The translations under genes and the position numbers were made by a program. Positions 21,646-31,243 of a stretch of 64,000 bases of DNA are shown here, piece after piece (position 1 is the first letter of the stretch; the number at the start of each line of letters is the position of its first letter). Source of the stretch: Vicinamibacteraceae bacterium (GTDB taxonomy: Bacteria > Acidobacteriota > Vicinamibacteria > Vicinamibacterales > Vicinamibacteraceae); contig CAVXAR010000009.1 of assembly GCA_963759795.1 (NCBI GenBank), positions 449,123-513,122 of the forward strand, in the 5' to 3' direction. The notes beneath the pieces are model-generated. The model was not told where the DNA came from and made no database searches. It was given only the letters and a program-made list of their open reading frames with translations.

Positions 21646-22839
21646 GTGACCAAGGCGAAGAGCACCGCGCGCAGCACCACCCGGCCCCCGACCAAGAAGC
21701 AGCTCGCGGACGTCGAGAACGCGCGGCTGTTGTCCACCCCGATGTCGCAGTGCGAGGCGCTCGAGGGGCTGCCGCCGGCCAGGCATCCTCCGCAGGCGAT
21801 GCGGCTCGGCTTTCCGGTGAAGGTGATGGGCGCGGGCGGGCTGAAGAGCAGCGACACTCGCCGCTGGCAACAACGCCCGCACCTGCGCGTGTCGCTCGGC
21901 TACATATGCGGCGTGATCGAGTACTTGCGTGCGCACGGCATCCACATGTACCGGATGTCGTCGGACCTGGCGCCCTACGCGACCCATCCGACCATGCCGC
22001 AGTTCCACGGCATGGTCCGTGAGAGCGCCGGCGACCTGGCGCGCGTGGGGCGCATGGCCCGTGAGGCCGATGTTCGCCTCAGCTTCCATCCGTCGCAGTA
22101 CGTCGTCCTCAACTCCGCCAACGACGAGCTGACCAGGAAGAGCATGTGGGATCTCGACTCGCAGGCCGAGATGCTCGACCTGATGGAGTGCGGACCGGAA
22201 GCCGTGGTGGTGATCCACGTCGGCGGTGTGTACGGCGACCGCGAAGCCGCCTGGCGGCGCTGGGCCGACACCTGGAAGCGGCTCAGCGAGCCCGTACGCC
22301 GTCGGCTCGTGCTGGAGCACGACGACATGTCGTTCTCGGCGGCTGACGTGCTCGAGGTCCACGAGGCCACGGGCGTGCGGTGCGTGTTCGACTACCAGCA
22401 TCACTGGTGCCTGAACCCGGACGGGCTGCCGCTGGTGGCCACCGTGGAGCGCTTCTGCCGGACCTGGCCTGCAGGGGTGCGGCCGAAGATCCACTTCAGC
22501 TGCGCGCGGACGGAGATGCGGGAGTTGAAGCGCCGTAACCGCAAGACGGGCAAGTTGGAGCACGTGCTGCAGCCGCCGGTCTGGACCGGGCATGCCGACT
22601 ACAACAACCCCTTCGAGGCAATCCAGTTCCTCCGGTCCATCGCCCACATCGACACCGACGTGATGCTGGAGTCCAAGGCCAAGGACCTCAGCCTCATCCG
22701 GCTCAGGCACGACCTCGCACGGTACGCACCCGACCTGACCGACCGCTATGGCATCACGACGGGTCAGGCGTCGGAGGATGTTGCCGAGCTCGTGACCGAC
22801 GATGACGGAGGCGACGCCACGAACGACGCCGCGGAGTAG
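21646..22839 (+). CDS. uvsE: UV damage endonuclease UvsE (UVDE)
   Basis: MRLGFPVKVMGAGGLKSSDTRRWQ...HPSQYVVLNS...IHVGG...LEHDD... UVDE TIM-barrel motifs, intact. Confidence 0.85.
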   Translation: MTKAKSTARSTTRPPTKKQLADVENARLLSTPMSQCEALEGLPPARHPPQAMRLGFPVKVMGAGGLKSSDTRRWQQRPHLRVSLGYICGVIEYLRAHGIHMYRMSSDLAPYATHPTMPQFHGMVRESAGDLARVGRMAREADVRLSFHPSQYVVLNSANDELTRKSMWDLDSQAEMLDLMECGPEAVVVIHVGGVYGDREAAWRRWADTWKRLSEPVRRRLVLEHDDMSFSAADVLEVHEATGVRCVFDYQHHWCLNPDGLPLVATVERFCRTWPAGVRPKIHFSCARTEMRELKRRNRKTGKLEHVLQPPVWTGHADYNNPFEAIQFLRSIAHIDTDVMLESKAKDLSLIRLRHDLARYAPDLTDRYGITTGQASEDVAELVTDDDGGDATNDAAE

Positions 22840-22843
22840 TCGG

Positions 22844-23521
22844 TCAGCGCGTCGACACGACACCGGACGTCCGCACCAGCGGCGCAAGAAACGGCCAGAC
22901 GGTGTCGGCGATGCGCTGCGCGCCCGCGGCGTTGGGATGCACCATGTCCGGCTGGTTCAGGTCGAGGTTGCCGAACACCCCGGCGAGGAGGAACGGCACG
23001 AGCGGCAGGCGGTGCTGGCGCGCCAGGCCGGGGTAGATCTCGTGAAACGCCGCGGTATAGCTCCAGCCGCGCCATGGCGGGGTCTCCATGCCGCACAGCA
23101 GCACGCGCGCGCCACCTGCCTGGGCGCGGGTGACGATGGCGTCGAGCTGCTTCGTCACGCTGGCGACGGGCACGCCGCGCAGCCCGTCGTTGGCCCCGAG
23201 CGCCACCACCAGGATCTCGGGGCGCACCTTCAGCACGTCGTCCAGCCGGGCGAGTCCCTGCGCGGTGGTGTCGCCGTTGCGCCCGGCATTGACGACCCGC
23301 CAGGGCAACCGTTCAGCGTCGAGCTTCCGCTGCAGCACGGCCGGGAACGCCGCATCGCGCGACGGCGACACGGAAAGGCTGTCGCCGAGGACGGCCAGGG
23401 TTCGGGCGACGGTCGGGGCGGCGGACGAGGGCGAGGTGGGCATCGGGTGTGCGATGGACGCGAGCGCACTGAAGAGCGCTGCGCCCAGCGCGCACACGCC
23501 TGCGGTCGTGCGGCGAGACAT
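22844..23521 (-). CDS. secreted SGNH/GDSL hydrolase (TesA-like arylesterase)
   Basis: Signal peptide, LAVLGDSLS (GDSL Ser), GANDG, and DxxHP (DMVHPN) catalytic block. Confidence 0.85.
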   Translation of the reverse strand: MSRRTTAGVCALGAALFSALASIAHPMPTSPSSAAPTVARTLAVLGDSLSVSPSRDAAFPAVLQRKLDAERLPWRVVNAGRNGDTTAQGLARLDDVLKVRPEILVVALGANDGLRGVPVASVTKQLDAIVTRAQAGGARVLLCGMETPPWRGWSYTAAFHEIYPGLARQHRLPLVPFLLAGVFGNLDLNQPDMVHPNAAGAQRIADTVWPFLAPLVRTSGVVSTR

Positions 23522-23886
23522 GGAGATACGACGCTCGCCGAGGGCCTTCGGTCGTTACGTTGCTGCCCGGGCGTTCCATCGAAGCAGCTGCCTGCCGGCT
23601 GGCACGGTGGTGCCACTCTACTGACGAACCGATTGCGATACGCACGTGACGCAATGCCTCGGGCCACGTCGAGATCGCGTGACCCTTCTCATCGTTCCTC
23701 ACCCTGAGGCGTGGGCCGCGGTAGCGCCCCTGCTGGTTACTGCGGTGGTGGCGCCAACCCGACGCTGCCCCCGCCGGCGCCTATGCCTGGATTGACTGCC
23801 ACGCGGCCACAAACCGTCGGAGAAGACGCGGCCGGCTGTGTCCCTCAACGAGCTCATGCCGGCCCGCAGCTTGCAAGGGTAATGGT

Positions 23887-24225
23887 ATGGACAACCAGCA
23901 CCGATCGACTCAGCCGCAAGTCACAGATGAGACCGGACGCAACGCGAAGCGCGAGGGCGACATCCTCGGCCTCTCCGATGCCGACCCGAACGTCCCGCTG
24001 CCGGGCCCGCCGGTTGAGCGAGGGACCCCATCGCGCAGCCGCGAGGCAGACCCGGACCCGACCCGGCACAACACGCTACCCAGGACCGGTGGGGCCACGG
24101 GAATCGACATGGGCGCCGGCGGCACCGGAACCGGCGTCGAGCCCGCGTCAACGGCCGCGCCCGGACCCGGCCGAGTAAACACGTGCGGACCCGGGACGAC
24201 TGGGTCCGCCCTTCTCGGATGGTGA
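23887..24225 (+). CDS. hypothetical Pro/Gly/Thr-rich small protein
   Basis: ORF only. Sits in a roughly 800 bp stretch with no other clear gene. Confidence 0.25.
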   Translation: MDNQHRSTQPQVTDETGRNAKREGDILGLSDADPNVPLPGPPVERGTPSRSREADPDPTRHNTLPRTGGATGIDMGAGGTGTGVEPASTAAPGPGRVNTCGPGTTGSALLGW

Positions 24226-24410
24226 TGACCGATCTGTGGCAGCGGCGTACACCACGTGTCCGCGTGCGTCCAGGCGTCGCGTATCCGGACACCTAGGCGC
24301 GCGCGCCGAAGGTGACAAGAGCCGCGCGGGCACCCCCGCGTTGCCGGCTCGACTCTATACAGACGGCTGCGTCTGCGCTTCGGGGAACACCGGCCGTTCC
24401 GGGTCGACGA

Positions 24411-25635
24411 TCAGCCAGCACCGGCGCCCAGCAGGAACAGGGTCCCCATCAGGTACAGCGGCACGTTCCAGCTGCCGAACCACTGCACCGAGTACGCCAC
24501 GATCAGCGGGTTCAGCATCGCGGCGAGATTTCCGAGCGAGTTCATGGTGGCGCCCACGACGCCCACCTGGTTCCGTCCGACCTCGATCACGGTCGCCCAC
24601 GCGGCACCTAGCGTGAACATGGTCATGCCGGTCGCCACGGCGATCAGCACGGCCGCCCCCACGGGCGATGTCGACCGGGCGGCAGCGAGCAGCGCGACGC
24701 CGGCAATCAGGTACGACACCGCACCAAGGCCGCACCGCCCCACACGCAGGCCGTAGCGCGAAGCCAGCCGGTCTGTCACCACGCCGCCAAGCAGATCGCC
24801 GGGCATGCTGACGATGAGCGGCAGGCCGGCGAACAGGCCGAGACTCGCGGCCTCGAACCCGTGCCGCTCTCTCAGGTACGTCGGCAGCCACGTGATGCAG
24901 AAGTAGAAGATCATGCAGTTCGGGACGTACATCAGGCTGAGCGCAATCATGTTTCTGCTGGCCGCGAGCGCGCGCCAGTACGCCGAGACCCGCCGGATGA
25001 TCGGCTTCGGGTGAGCGGTCCGCGACGATCTCCTGCAGCTCCGCCGCGTTCACGCCGGGGTGCTGCGCAGGATCATCACGGAACCAGGCCAGCCAGACCG
25101 CTACCCACACGAAGCCCAGGGCGCCGAAGCAGACGAAGATCTGGCGCCAGGACAGGTACTGGAGCAGCCACAGCACCAGCGCCGGAGTCAGGCCGCCGAC
25201 CAGATGCGCGCCGGCGAAGAAGATGCCCTGCACGGTGCCTCGCTCGCGTCGCGGGATCCATCGCGAGAAGGTGCGCGCGACACAGGCCCACGCGCCGGCT
25301 TCCCCGACACCGAACAGGAACCGGATGGCCAGCAGCGGTCCGTAACTCGTGGCGGCGCCGGTCGCGGCGGTCAGGCACGACCACCACACGACGATGCGCG
25401 CCAGCACCAGCCGGGTGCCCTTGCGATCGGCCCAACGCGCGGTCGGAATCTCGAACAGCGCGTACGCCAGTTGAAAGGACGTGAAGACGTATCCCATCTG
25501 CACGGTGGTCAAGCTCAGGTCGCGCATGATGCCCGGCGCGAGGGTCGCGATGCACGCCCGGTCGAGGTGAGTGATCACCGCCAGGCACGTGGCAAGCGCC
25601 ACGACCTTGTACCGCACATGGGTGGGGGCAGGCAT
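24411..25635 (-). CDS. MFS transporter (anion:cation symporter-like), one frameshift near 24960-25030
   Basis: N-terminal half in ORF 24355..25635 (first roughly 190 aa, ...[14 protein letters not shown]...[13 protein letters not shown]...). C-terminal half in ORF 24411..24950. Confidence 0.7.
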
Positions 25636-25944
25636 TGCAGCGCACTATAAGCGACGTGCGCGCGCCGGCCACGCAGGCGGGGAGCAGGGTGTCAAACCAG
25701 GCAGCGAACGGGTAGACTGCTCGAATCTCTGGAGGACACATGACTCTGCGATCGCTTTCGACCCTGACCCGCACGGCGGGGTTCGTTCGCGGCTGAGCGC
25801 GCTGGCCTGTGCGCAACGCCTGCACGACGGCCGATCTCGATATCCACTCTCGGCCGCCACGTCGCATCGGTCGCGAGCTCGGGTCGTCGGACGACGCCTC
25901 ACGCGCGGCTCGGCAGGCGCTCAACCGCCAAGGATCGACCGATC

Positions 25945-26540
25945 ATGAACGGCCCGCTTTCGCGGAGCGCCGCGCCAAGCGTCCGCTTCTTCGAGCTCAC
26001 CGACGCCATCCTGCGCTCGCGGACCGGTGGGGTGGAGGGACAGACCCCGCCAAGTCCACGACGCTGCGCATCCTGATGGGCATGGTCCGGCAGGATCGCG
26101 GCGATGTCCGCGTACTCGGCCAGCCGATGCCGGCCTGCGAGGCGGCCGTCAAGCGGCCGGTCGTATCCGATGGCACGCCGTCTCGACGGCGACGCAGACG
26201 CGTTTCTGCCGGCACCGGGCACGTCGCAAACGTGCACGCGCCGGGACGTGGCGCCTGGCGGCGGCTTCCGGTGGCTGTCGATGGGCAACGAGGGCTGGGA
26301 GGTCGCGCAAGCCCTGAACGCGAGTGGGATCGCGGCGTTCGTGCTCAAGTACCCGCTGCAGCCGACCCCCGACTCGCTCGAGGGACTGAAGCAATCGATG
26401 GAGCGGATGCAGGTGGTGCGCGACGAGACCCGCTCTATCCTGTTCTCGTCGCCAACACGCAGGACGTCGAGCGGATCGGCGACTGGATCGCCTTCCTCGA
26501 CCGCGGCCGCATCATCGAGGCAGCGACACCGGCGCCTACC
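25945..26540 (+). pseudogene. ABC transporter ATPase remnants (N-terminal Walker-A region and C-terminal H-loop/tail) interleaved with an alpha/beta-hydrolase gene
   Basis: GGGTDPAKSTTLRILMGMVRQDRGDVRVLGQ (degenerate Walker A, 26040-26130) and SILFSS...QDVERIGDWIAFLDRGRIIEAATPAPT (26430-26530) are present. No Q-loop, signature or Walker B lies between them. Confidence 0.5.
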
Positions 26541-27173
26541 TCGATCGCTGGCGAAGGGTGCACCTCGACGTCCCTCCAGCGGCGACGGTACCGCCCACCG
26601 AGGGCCTGGTCGACACGGTGAGGCGTGTGGCCGTTACGGCAGCCGCTCCGCCAGCGTTCGACCGGCGGCGCGGGTGGGCAGGGTGCGCTCCGGCCGGCGC
26701 CACCACGCTGGGATTTGTCGAACCAGCTGATGCCGAGGCGGAGCGTGCCGTATGAGCGCGCGCTGATCGTCAAGCGCGCCAGCGAGTGGGGCGTCGACAC
26801 CACGCGCATGCGGCGGGATGATCGGCTTCTCGGCCGGCGCCTTCCTGACGATGCACAGCACGCTGAATTCGAAGGCGATGAAGCTCGCGTTCATCGGGCC
26901 AATCTACGGCGGCATGGGCCCGGTGGACGTGCCCAGGGACGCGCCGCCGATGTTCACGGCCATTGCCACCGACGACTTCCTCTTCCGCGGCCAGTTCGGC
27001 GTCGTCAAGTCCTGGTTCGACGCGGGGCGGCCGGTCGAGTTCCACCTGTATCAGAACGGCGGTCGCACGGTTTCGGTCTCGGCAACCCGAACCGCACGAG
27101 CAATCGCTGGTTCGACGCATTCACCCACTGGCTGGACGTGAATGGTTTCCTCGCGGCGAAGGCGGGCAAGTAG
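26160..27173 (+). CDS. alpha/beta-hydrolase (esterase/lipase-type), disrupted: frameshifts plus an inserted ABC-fragment block
   Basis: N-part ...VAPGGGFRWLSMGNEGWEVAQALNASGIAAFVLKYPLQP (HGGG-like oxyanion region, 26250-26420). C-part ...ERALIVKRASEWGVDTTRM / GGMIGFSAGAFLTMHS (GxSxG) ... PMFTAIATDDFLF ... FHLYQNGGHGFGL...FLAAKAGK* (26750-27173). Confidence 0.5.
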
Positions 27174-27178
27174 CGGAG

Positions 27179-27667
27179 ATGATGCGACAGGCGCTCGATA
27201 CGCTGAGGGTTGCGACCAAGGGGCGCGGGTTCTACGAGATCACGCGCGACGTCCAGCGGCGCGTCGCCCAGGCAGGCGTGCTGATGGGCCTTTGCACGCT
27301 TCACCTGCAGCACACCTCCGCCTCGCTGCTGATCCAGGAGAACGCCGACCCCGACGTGCGTCGCGACTTCGAGCGGGCGGTTCTTCGCACGCCTGAAAAG
27401 CGGAAAACGTGCCGGCGGCGACGCGCGTCTTCGTTCCGCACGCCTCGTGCCGGACGGCGACGCGCTCTTCGTCCACACCGCGGAGGGCGACGAGGCGCGA
27501 CATGCCGGCGCATGTGAGGACGGCACTCACCACGGTGAACCTGAGCGTGCCGGTGGCGGATGGGCAGCTGTGCCTCGGCACGTGGCAGGGCATCTACGTG
27601 TGGGAGCACCGACGAGCGCCGCACACCCGAATCGATCGTCGTCCACGTCATCGGCGACGAGTCGTAA
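27179..27667 (+). CDS. yjbQ: YjbQ/UPF0047 family protein, at least two frameshifts
   Basis: MMRQALDTLRVATKGRGFYEITRDVQRRVAQAGVLMGLCTLHLQHTSASLLIQENADPDVRRD... then ...MPAHVRTALTTVNLSVPVADGQLCLGTWQGIYVWEHRRAPH..., then IVVHVIGDES* in a third frame. Confidence 0.7.
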
Positions 27668-27701
27668 GCTTCGACCGGGGTGCGGGTGCAGCGCAGGAGG
27701 T

Positions 27702-28187
27702 TCACCGTTCGTAGAATGGTGGCGGCTCGACGCCCAGCGCGCGCAGGTAGACGTAGCCTTGTGCGCGGTGATGGACCTCGTTGTCCACGACGTAGAGGAT
27801 CTGCCAGTAGCCCAATCCCTCGTACTGGCCAAACGACGTCAGCGTCTCCTGGAACCGCTCGACCGGAATCTGCGGCCAGAACTCGTTGATCTTCGTGGTG
27901 CTCTCGTCCCACAGCCGAAGAATCTCGGCTTTCGACGTGGTCTTCGACGGCGCGTAGCCACCCCATTCGAGCGTGGCCAACCCGTGGGTCATGGGTCCGG
28001 CCATGCTCAGCAACTCGTTGAGGAGGTCGCCGAACGTCCTCATCCCCCCGATGGAGAACGTGAACAACTGGTCGTCTGGAAACAACTCGATGACCCGCCG
28101 CGTGAGCCGGCGGTGGCCCTGCCAGTGCTCGAGCAGTGCATCGGTCGAGATGAACATCGTCGGCTGAGATTCGTTTGCGCTGGTCAT
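27702..28187 (-). CDS. DinB/YfiT-like (DUF664) four-helix-bundle protein
   Basis: 161 aa intact. 4-nt overlap with the upstream dinB polymerase gene, suggesting translational coupling. Confidence 0.8.
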   Translation of the reverse strand: MTSANESQPTMFISTDALLEHWQGHRRLTRRVIELFPDDQLFTFSIGGMRTFGDLLNELLSMAGPMTHGLATLEWGGYAPSKTTSKAEILRLWDESTTKINEFWPQIPVERFQETLTSFGQYEGLGYWQILYVVDNEVHHRAQGYVYLRALGVEPPPFYER

Positions 28188-29440
28188 GATTTCTCCTGTA
28201 GCTCCCTTTCAGCAAGGCGTCGGAACCCGTCGGGAACCGAGCGCACGCTGTGTAACGCCGACCCGTAGTCGACCGCTTGCTCTCCGTAACGCGTGCGGAT
28301 CGCGTCGATGGCCTGGTCTGCGCGCGAGCGCGCCACGCCCTTTCTCGTGCCGGGACGGCGTCCCTCGTCGGCACGCGCAATCGGCAGCTCCAGCTGGACG
28401 ATCGACTCCCCTTCGAGATGGGACACCGAGATCGCCAACAGGGAGATCGTCTTCTCGTCGCGGTGATCGGCAAGAGCCGCGCGCACCAGGTCCTCGGCGA
28501 CCTCAGCGAGCGCCCTCGTTGCAGCGATCGGCGCCGGCAGCGTGAGCGAACGTGTCACCGAGCGCAAGTCGGCGAAGCGCACGCGCACCGTGACCGTCCG
28601 GCCGACGAGGGATTTGGCGCGGAGCCTGGCGCCGATGCGGTCAGCGAGATGATGGAGCGTCGGCTTGAAGACGCGCTCGATCGCCGGCTGGCGGCCGAGC
28701 GCCGACTGTGCGCCGGCGGATCGCGCGCGCCGGCGCGTCTCGACCTGGCGGGGATCGCGGTTCCACGCGAGTGCCGTCAATCTGTTTCCGACCGCATGCC
28801 CAAGCAGTCGCTCGACCGATTGCGGTGAACTCTCTGCCAACTGGCCAATCGTGGATACACCAATTGCGGCAAGCCGCGCCTCGGTGGCGGGTCCGACGCC
28901 CCACATCAGCGCCACGGGCAGATCGTGAAGAAACTCGAGCTCAGCGTCTGGAGCGACGACGACCAGGCCGTCGGGCTTGGCAACCTGCGATGCGATTTTC
29001 GCCAGGTGCTTGGTGCGGGCCACGCCGATGGACATCGGCAAGCCAAGCTCGGCGCGCACGCGCGCCCGAACCTTCCCTGCGATCTCTGCCGGCGAACCAA
29101 AGAGATGCGTGCAGCCGGCCACATCGGCAAACGCCTCGTCGATGGAGATGCGTTCGACCGACGGTGTGAAGTCGCCCAGCACGCCGATAGCCGCGTCGCC
29201 GAGCCGCTGGTACTCGTCGAAATGTCCGCCGACGAACACCAGGTCGGGACACAGCTGCCGCGCCTGTCGTCCAGGCATGCCGCCACGTACACCAAAGGCC
29301 CGCGCTTCGTACGACGCCGCGAGCACGACACCGCCGCCGACCGCCATCGGCTTGCCGCGCAGGCGAGGGTCGAGCAGCTGCTCGACCGACGCATAGAAGG
29401 CGTCGAGGTCTGCATGGAGGATGGTGGCTGGACAGACCAT
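28184..29440 (-). CDS. dinB: DNA polymerase IV (Y-family, DinB)
   Basis: ILHADLDAFYASVEQ, VGGG, SIDEAF, MWGVGP. Intact 418 aa. Confidence 0.9.
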   Translation of the reverse strand: MVCPATILHADLDAFYASVEQLLDPRLRGKPMAVGGGVVLAASYEARAFGVRGGMPGRQARQLCPDLVFVGGHFDEYQRLGDAAIGVLGDFTPSVERISIDEAFADVAGCTHLFGSPAEIAGKVRARVRAELGLPMSIGVARTKHLAKIASQVAKPDGLVVVAPDAELEFLHDLPVALMWGVGPATEARLAAIGVSTIGQLAESSPQSVERLLGHAVGNRLTALAWNRDPRQVETRRRARSAGAQSALGRQPAIERVFKPTLHHLADRIGARLRAKSLVGRTVTVRVRFADLRSVTRSLTLPAPIAATRALAEVAEDLVRAALADHRDEKTISLLAISVSHLEGESIVQLELPIARADEGRRPGTRKGVARSRADQAIDAIRTRYGEQAVDYGSALHSVRSVPDGFRRLAERELQEKS

Positions 29441-29501
29441 GGCGTTGATTCCTCACCCTTGACCTGGGACGAAGTCGAATCTTCGCCTTGTCTTCGCCCT
29501 C

Positions 29502-30128
29502 GTGTCAACCGGCCTTCCTCGAGCGCCGCTCTCGGACCCTTGGCGCCAGTTGCCTCGTCATTCGGACGTGGACGACAGTTCTTTTCCGTCTTCTCGTGTT
29601 GCCGGTCCTGGTGGGTGGCGCTACCACGGACGGGCACGGCCCTCGTTTGCTGTCGAGCCGGGACCCGGGCAGGAGTCCGTCTGGGACTACCCGCGGCCGC
29701 CCCGGACCGAGATGGAACGCCGGGAGGTCGTCGTCCGGGTGGGAGACGTCGACGTGGCACGCACGCGCCGCGCCCTGCGGGTACTCGAAACCGCGAGCCC
29801 TCCCACCGTGTATATCCCGCCCGCCGACGTCGTCACGGCGTACCTGCAGCCGGCGCCGGGCGCCTCAGGATGCGAGTGGAAAGGCACGGCACGCTACTGG
29901 AGCGTGCGGGTCGAGTCGGTCGTGCTCGATGCCGTCGGCTGGTCTTACGACGATCCGCTGCCCGCGTTCGCCACGATCCGAGGACACCTGTCGTTCTACC
30001 CTGGCCGCATCGCGTGCTACATCGACGGCGTGCGGGTGACGGCGCAGGCCGGCGGGTTCTACGGCGGCTGGGTGACGCCCGACATCATCGGTCCATTCAA
30101 GGGCGAGCCTGGGACGCATGGTTGGTGA
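29502..30128 (+). CDS. DUF427 domain protein
   Basis: ESVWDYPRPP...CEWKG.A.YW...GFYGGWVTPDIIGPFKGEPGTHGW. The N-terminal extension and true start are uncertain. Confidence 0.65.
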   Translation: MSTGLPRAPLSDPWRQLPRHSDVDDSSFPSSRVAGPGGWRYHGRARPSFAVEPGPGQESVWDYPRPPRTEMERREVVVRVGDVDVARTRRALRVLETASPPTVYIPPADVVTAYLQPAPGASGCEWKGTARYWSVRVESVVLDAVGWSYDDPLPAFATIRGHLSFYPGRIACYIDGVRVTAQAGGFYGGWVTPDIIGPFKGEPGTHGW

Positions 30129-30129
30129 C

Positions 30130-31065
30130 TTACGGGGACGCAGTCGCTGCCTGTGATCCGAGAAGCGCCTCCACAGAAGTCCAGGTGAGAGCTGGATAGC
30201 GATCGTTGTCGTGGGCCTGCAGCACCGCGCGGCCTTCCATCATGTCGCGCATGTACTGCATGCCCTGCCACGCCGGATACAGACCGTCTTCGCCCGGCGC
30301 CACGAATCGGGCGATGCGGATGAGGGCATTCAGCCGGCCGATGCCGCCGGCGCGAAACAGGCGATAGGTGTCGCCCGTGACCCGCGAGGCGATCGCGCGC
30401 ACGTCCGCCGCGCTGACCGTGTCGCCGGCAATCCGCAGGTAGCGGGGCGCCTGGTCGTCGAGCGCGACGTGCGCCGTGTATGCGGCGACGTCGTCCATCG
30501 TCGTCAGATCCATCCTGACGTGCGGATCACCCCAGTACAGGACGCGCCTGAAGCGGGGCAGGATCAGCGGCATGTCGGTGGTCAGCAGCTCCATGAACGC
30601 GCCGTTGAAGATGGTCGTCGCCTGAATGTTCGCGGCGTCGAGGAGGTGATGGAACTCCCGTCGCCAATCGAGGTTGCGATTGCCGCCGGGCGCCAGCCGG
30701 GTGAAGTCGAGCGAGTAGTCGCTCGGGATGAATCGCGGCACGCCGGCGGTGACCGCGCCGTCGAGCAGCGCCTTCTGGGCGTCGATGACGACGTCGCGAA
30801 GACCGGACAGCGCCGAGACCACGCAGCCGGCATCTGCGCACGCCGCGGCGAGGGCGTCACTATCGCGCCAGTCGGCCACGACGCTCCGCACGCCTCGCGC
30901 GCCGAGCGCGGCGATCTTCGCGGCGTCGGTGTCCACCCGGACGATCGCCCGGACGGCCGCACCCTGCGCGAGCAGGGCGTCAGCGATCTTCCCGCCCAGG
31001 TTGCCGGTTGCGCCGGCAAGCACGATGGTCTTGCTCGTCGCCGTCGAAGCACTCGTGACCGTCAT
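30130..31065 (-). CDS. NmrA-family NAD(P)-binding protein
   Basis: KTIVLAGATGNLGGKIADALL Rossmann motif. Intact 311 aa. Confidence 0.85.
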   Translation of the reverse strand: MTVTSASTATSKTIVLAGATGNLGGKIADALLAQGAAVRAIVRVDTDAAKIAALGARGVRSVVADWRDSDALAAACADAGCVVSALSGLRDVVIDAQKALLDGAVTAGVPRFIPSDYSLDFTRLAPGGNRNLDWRREFHHLLDAANIQATTIFNGAFMELLTTDMPLILPRFRRVLYWGDPHVRMDLTTMDDVAAYTAHVALDDQAPRYLRIAGDTVSAADVRAIASRVTGDTYRLFRAGGIGRLNALIRIARFVAPGEDGLYPAWQGMQYMRDMMEGRAVLQAHDNDRYPALTWTSVEALLGSQAATASP

Positions 31066-31130
31066 CCGGCCAGTCTAGCTGCCCTGGTCGCGGTGGCGCG
31101 ACACATGCTCTCGAGGATCAGTGACGGCGC
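31021..31130. repeat. copy A of a roughly 110 bp duplicated 5' region (first about 15 codons plus leader with GTCGCG-N4-CGCGAC palindrome)
   Basis: About 90% identical to 33274..33383. Palindrome gtcgcggtggcgcgac at 31087..31102. Confidence 0.75.
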
Positions 31131-31243
31131 ATGCAGCGAGTGTCAGCGATGGGGCTTTCAGCCGCGCGCGGCTCGCGGCGCCTCCGGCGGCGACACGGGC
31201 GGCGATACAGCGGGCGGCGGTGCGACGACATGCCCGGGGGCCT

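Noticed and set aside
25675-25695. GGGAGCAGGGTGTCAAACC, a degenerate resemblance to the tRNA-Gln T-arm region
   Set aside because: It requires a gap and 5 mismatches. att repeats are normally exact.
26293-26305. GGCTGGGAGG 10-11 nt match to the tRNA-Gln 3' end (possible distal att site)
   Set aside because: Too short to distinguish from chance in GC-rich sequence, and it lies inside a coding fragment. Kept only as a pointer for a proper repeat search.
28925-30199. 424 aa plus-strand ORF across dinB
   Set aside because: Antisense to intact dinB. Only its last roughly 200 aa frame coincides with the DUF427 gene, which was called separately.
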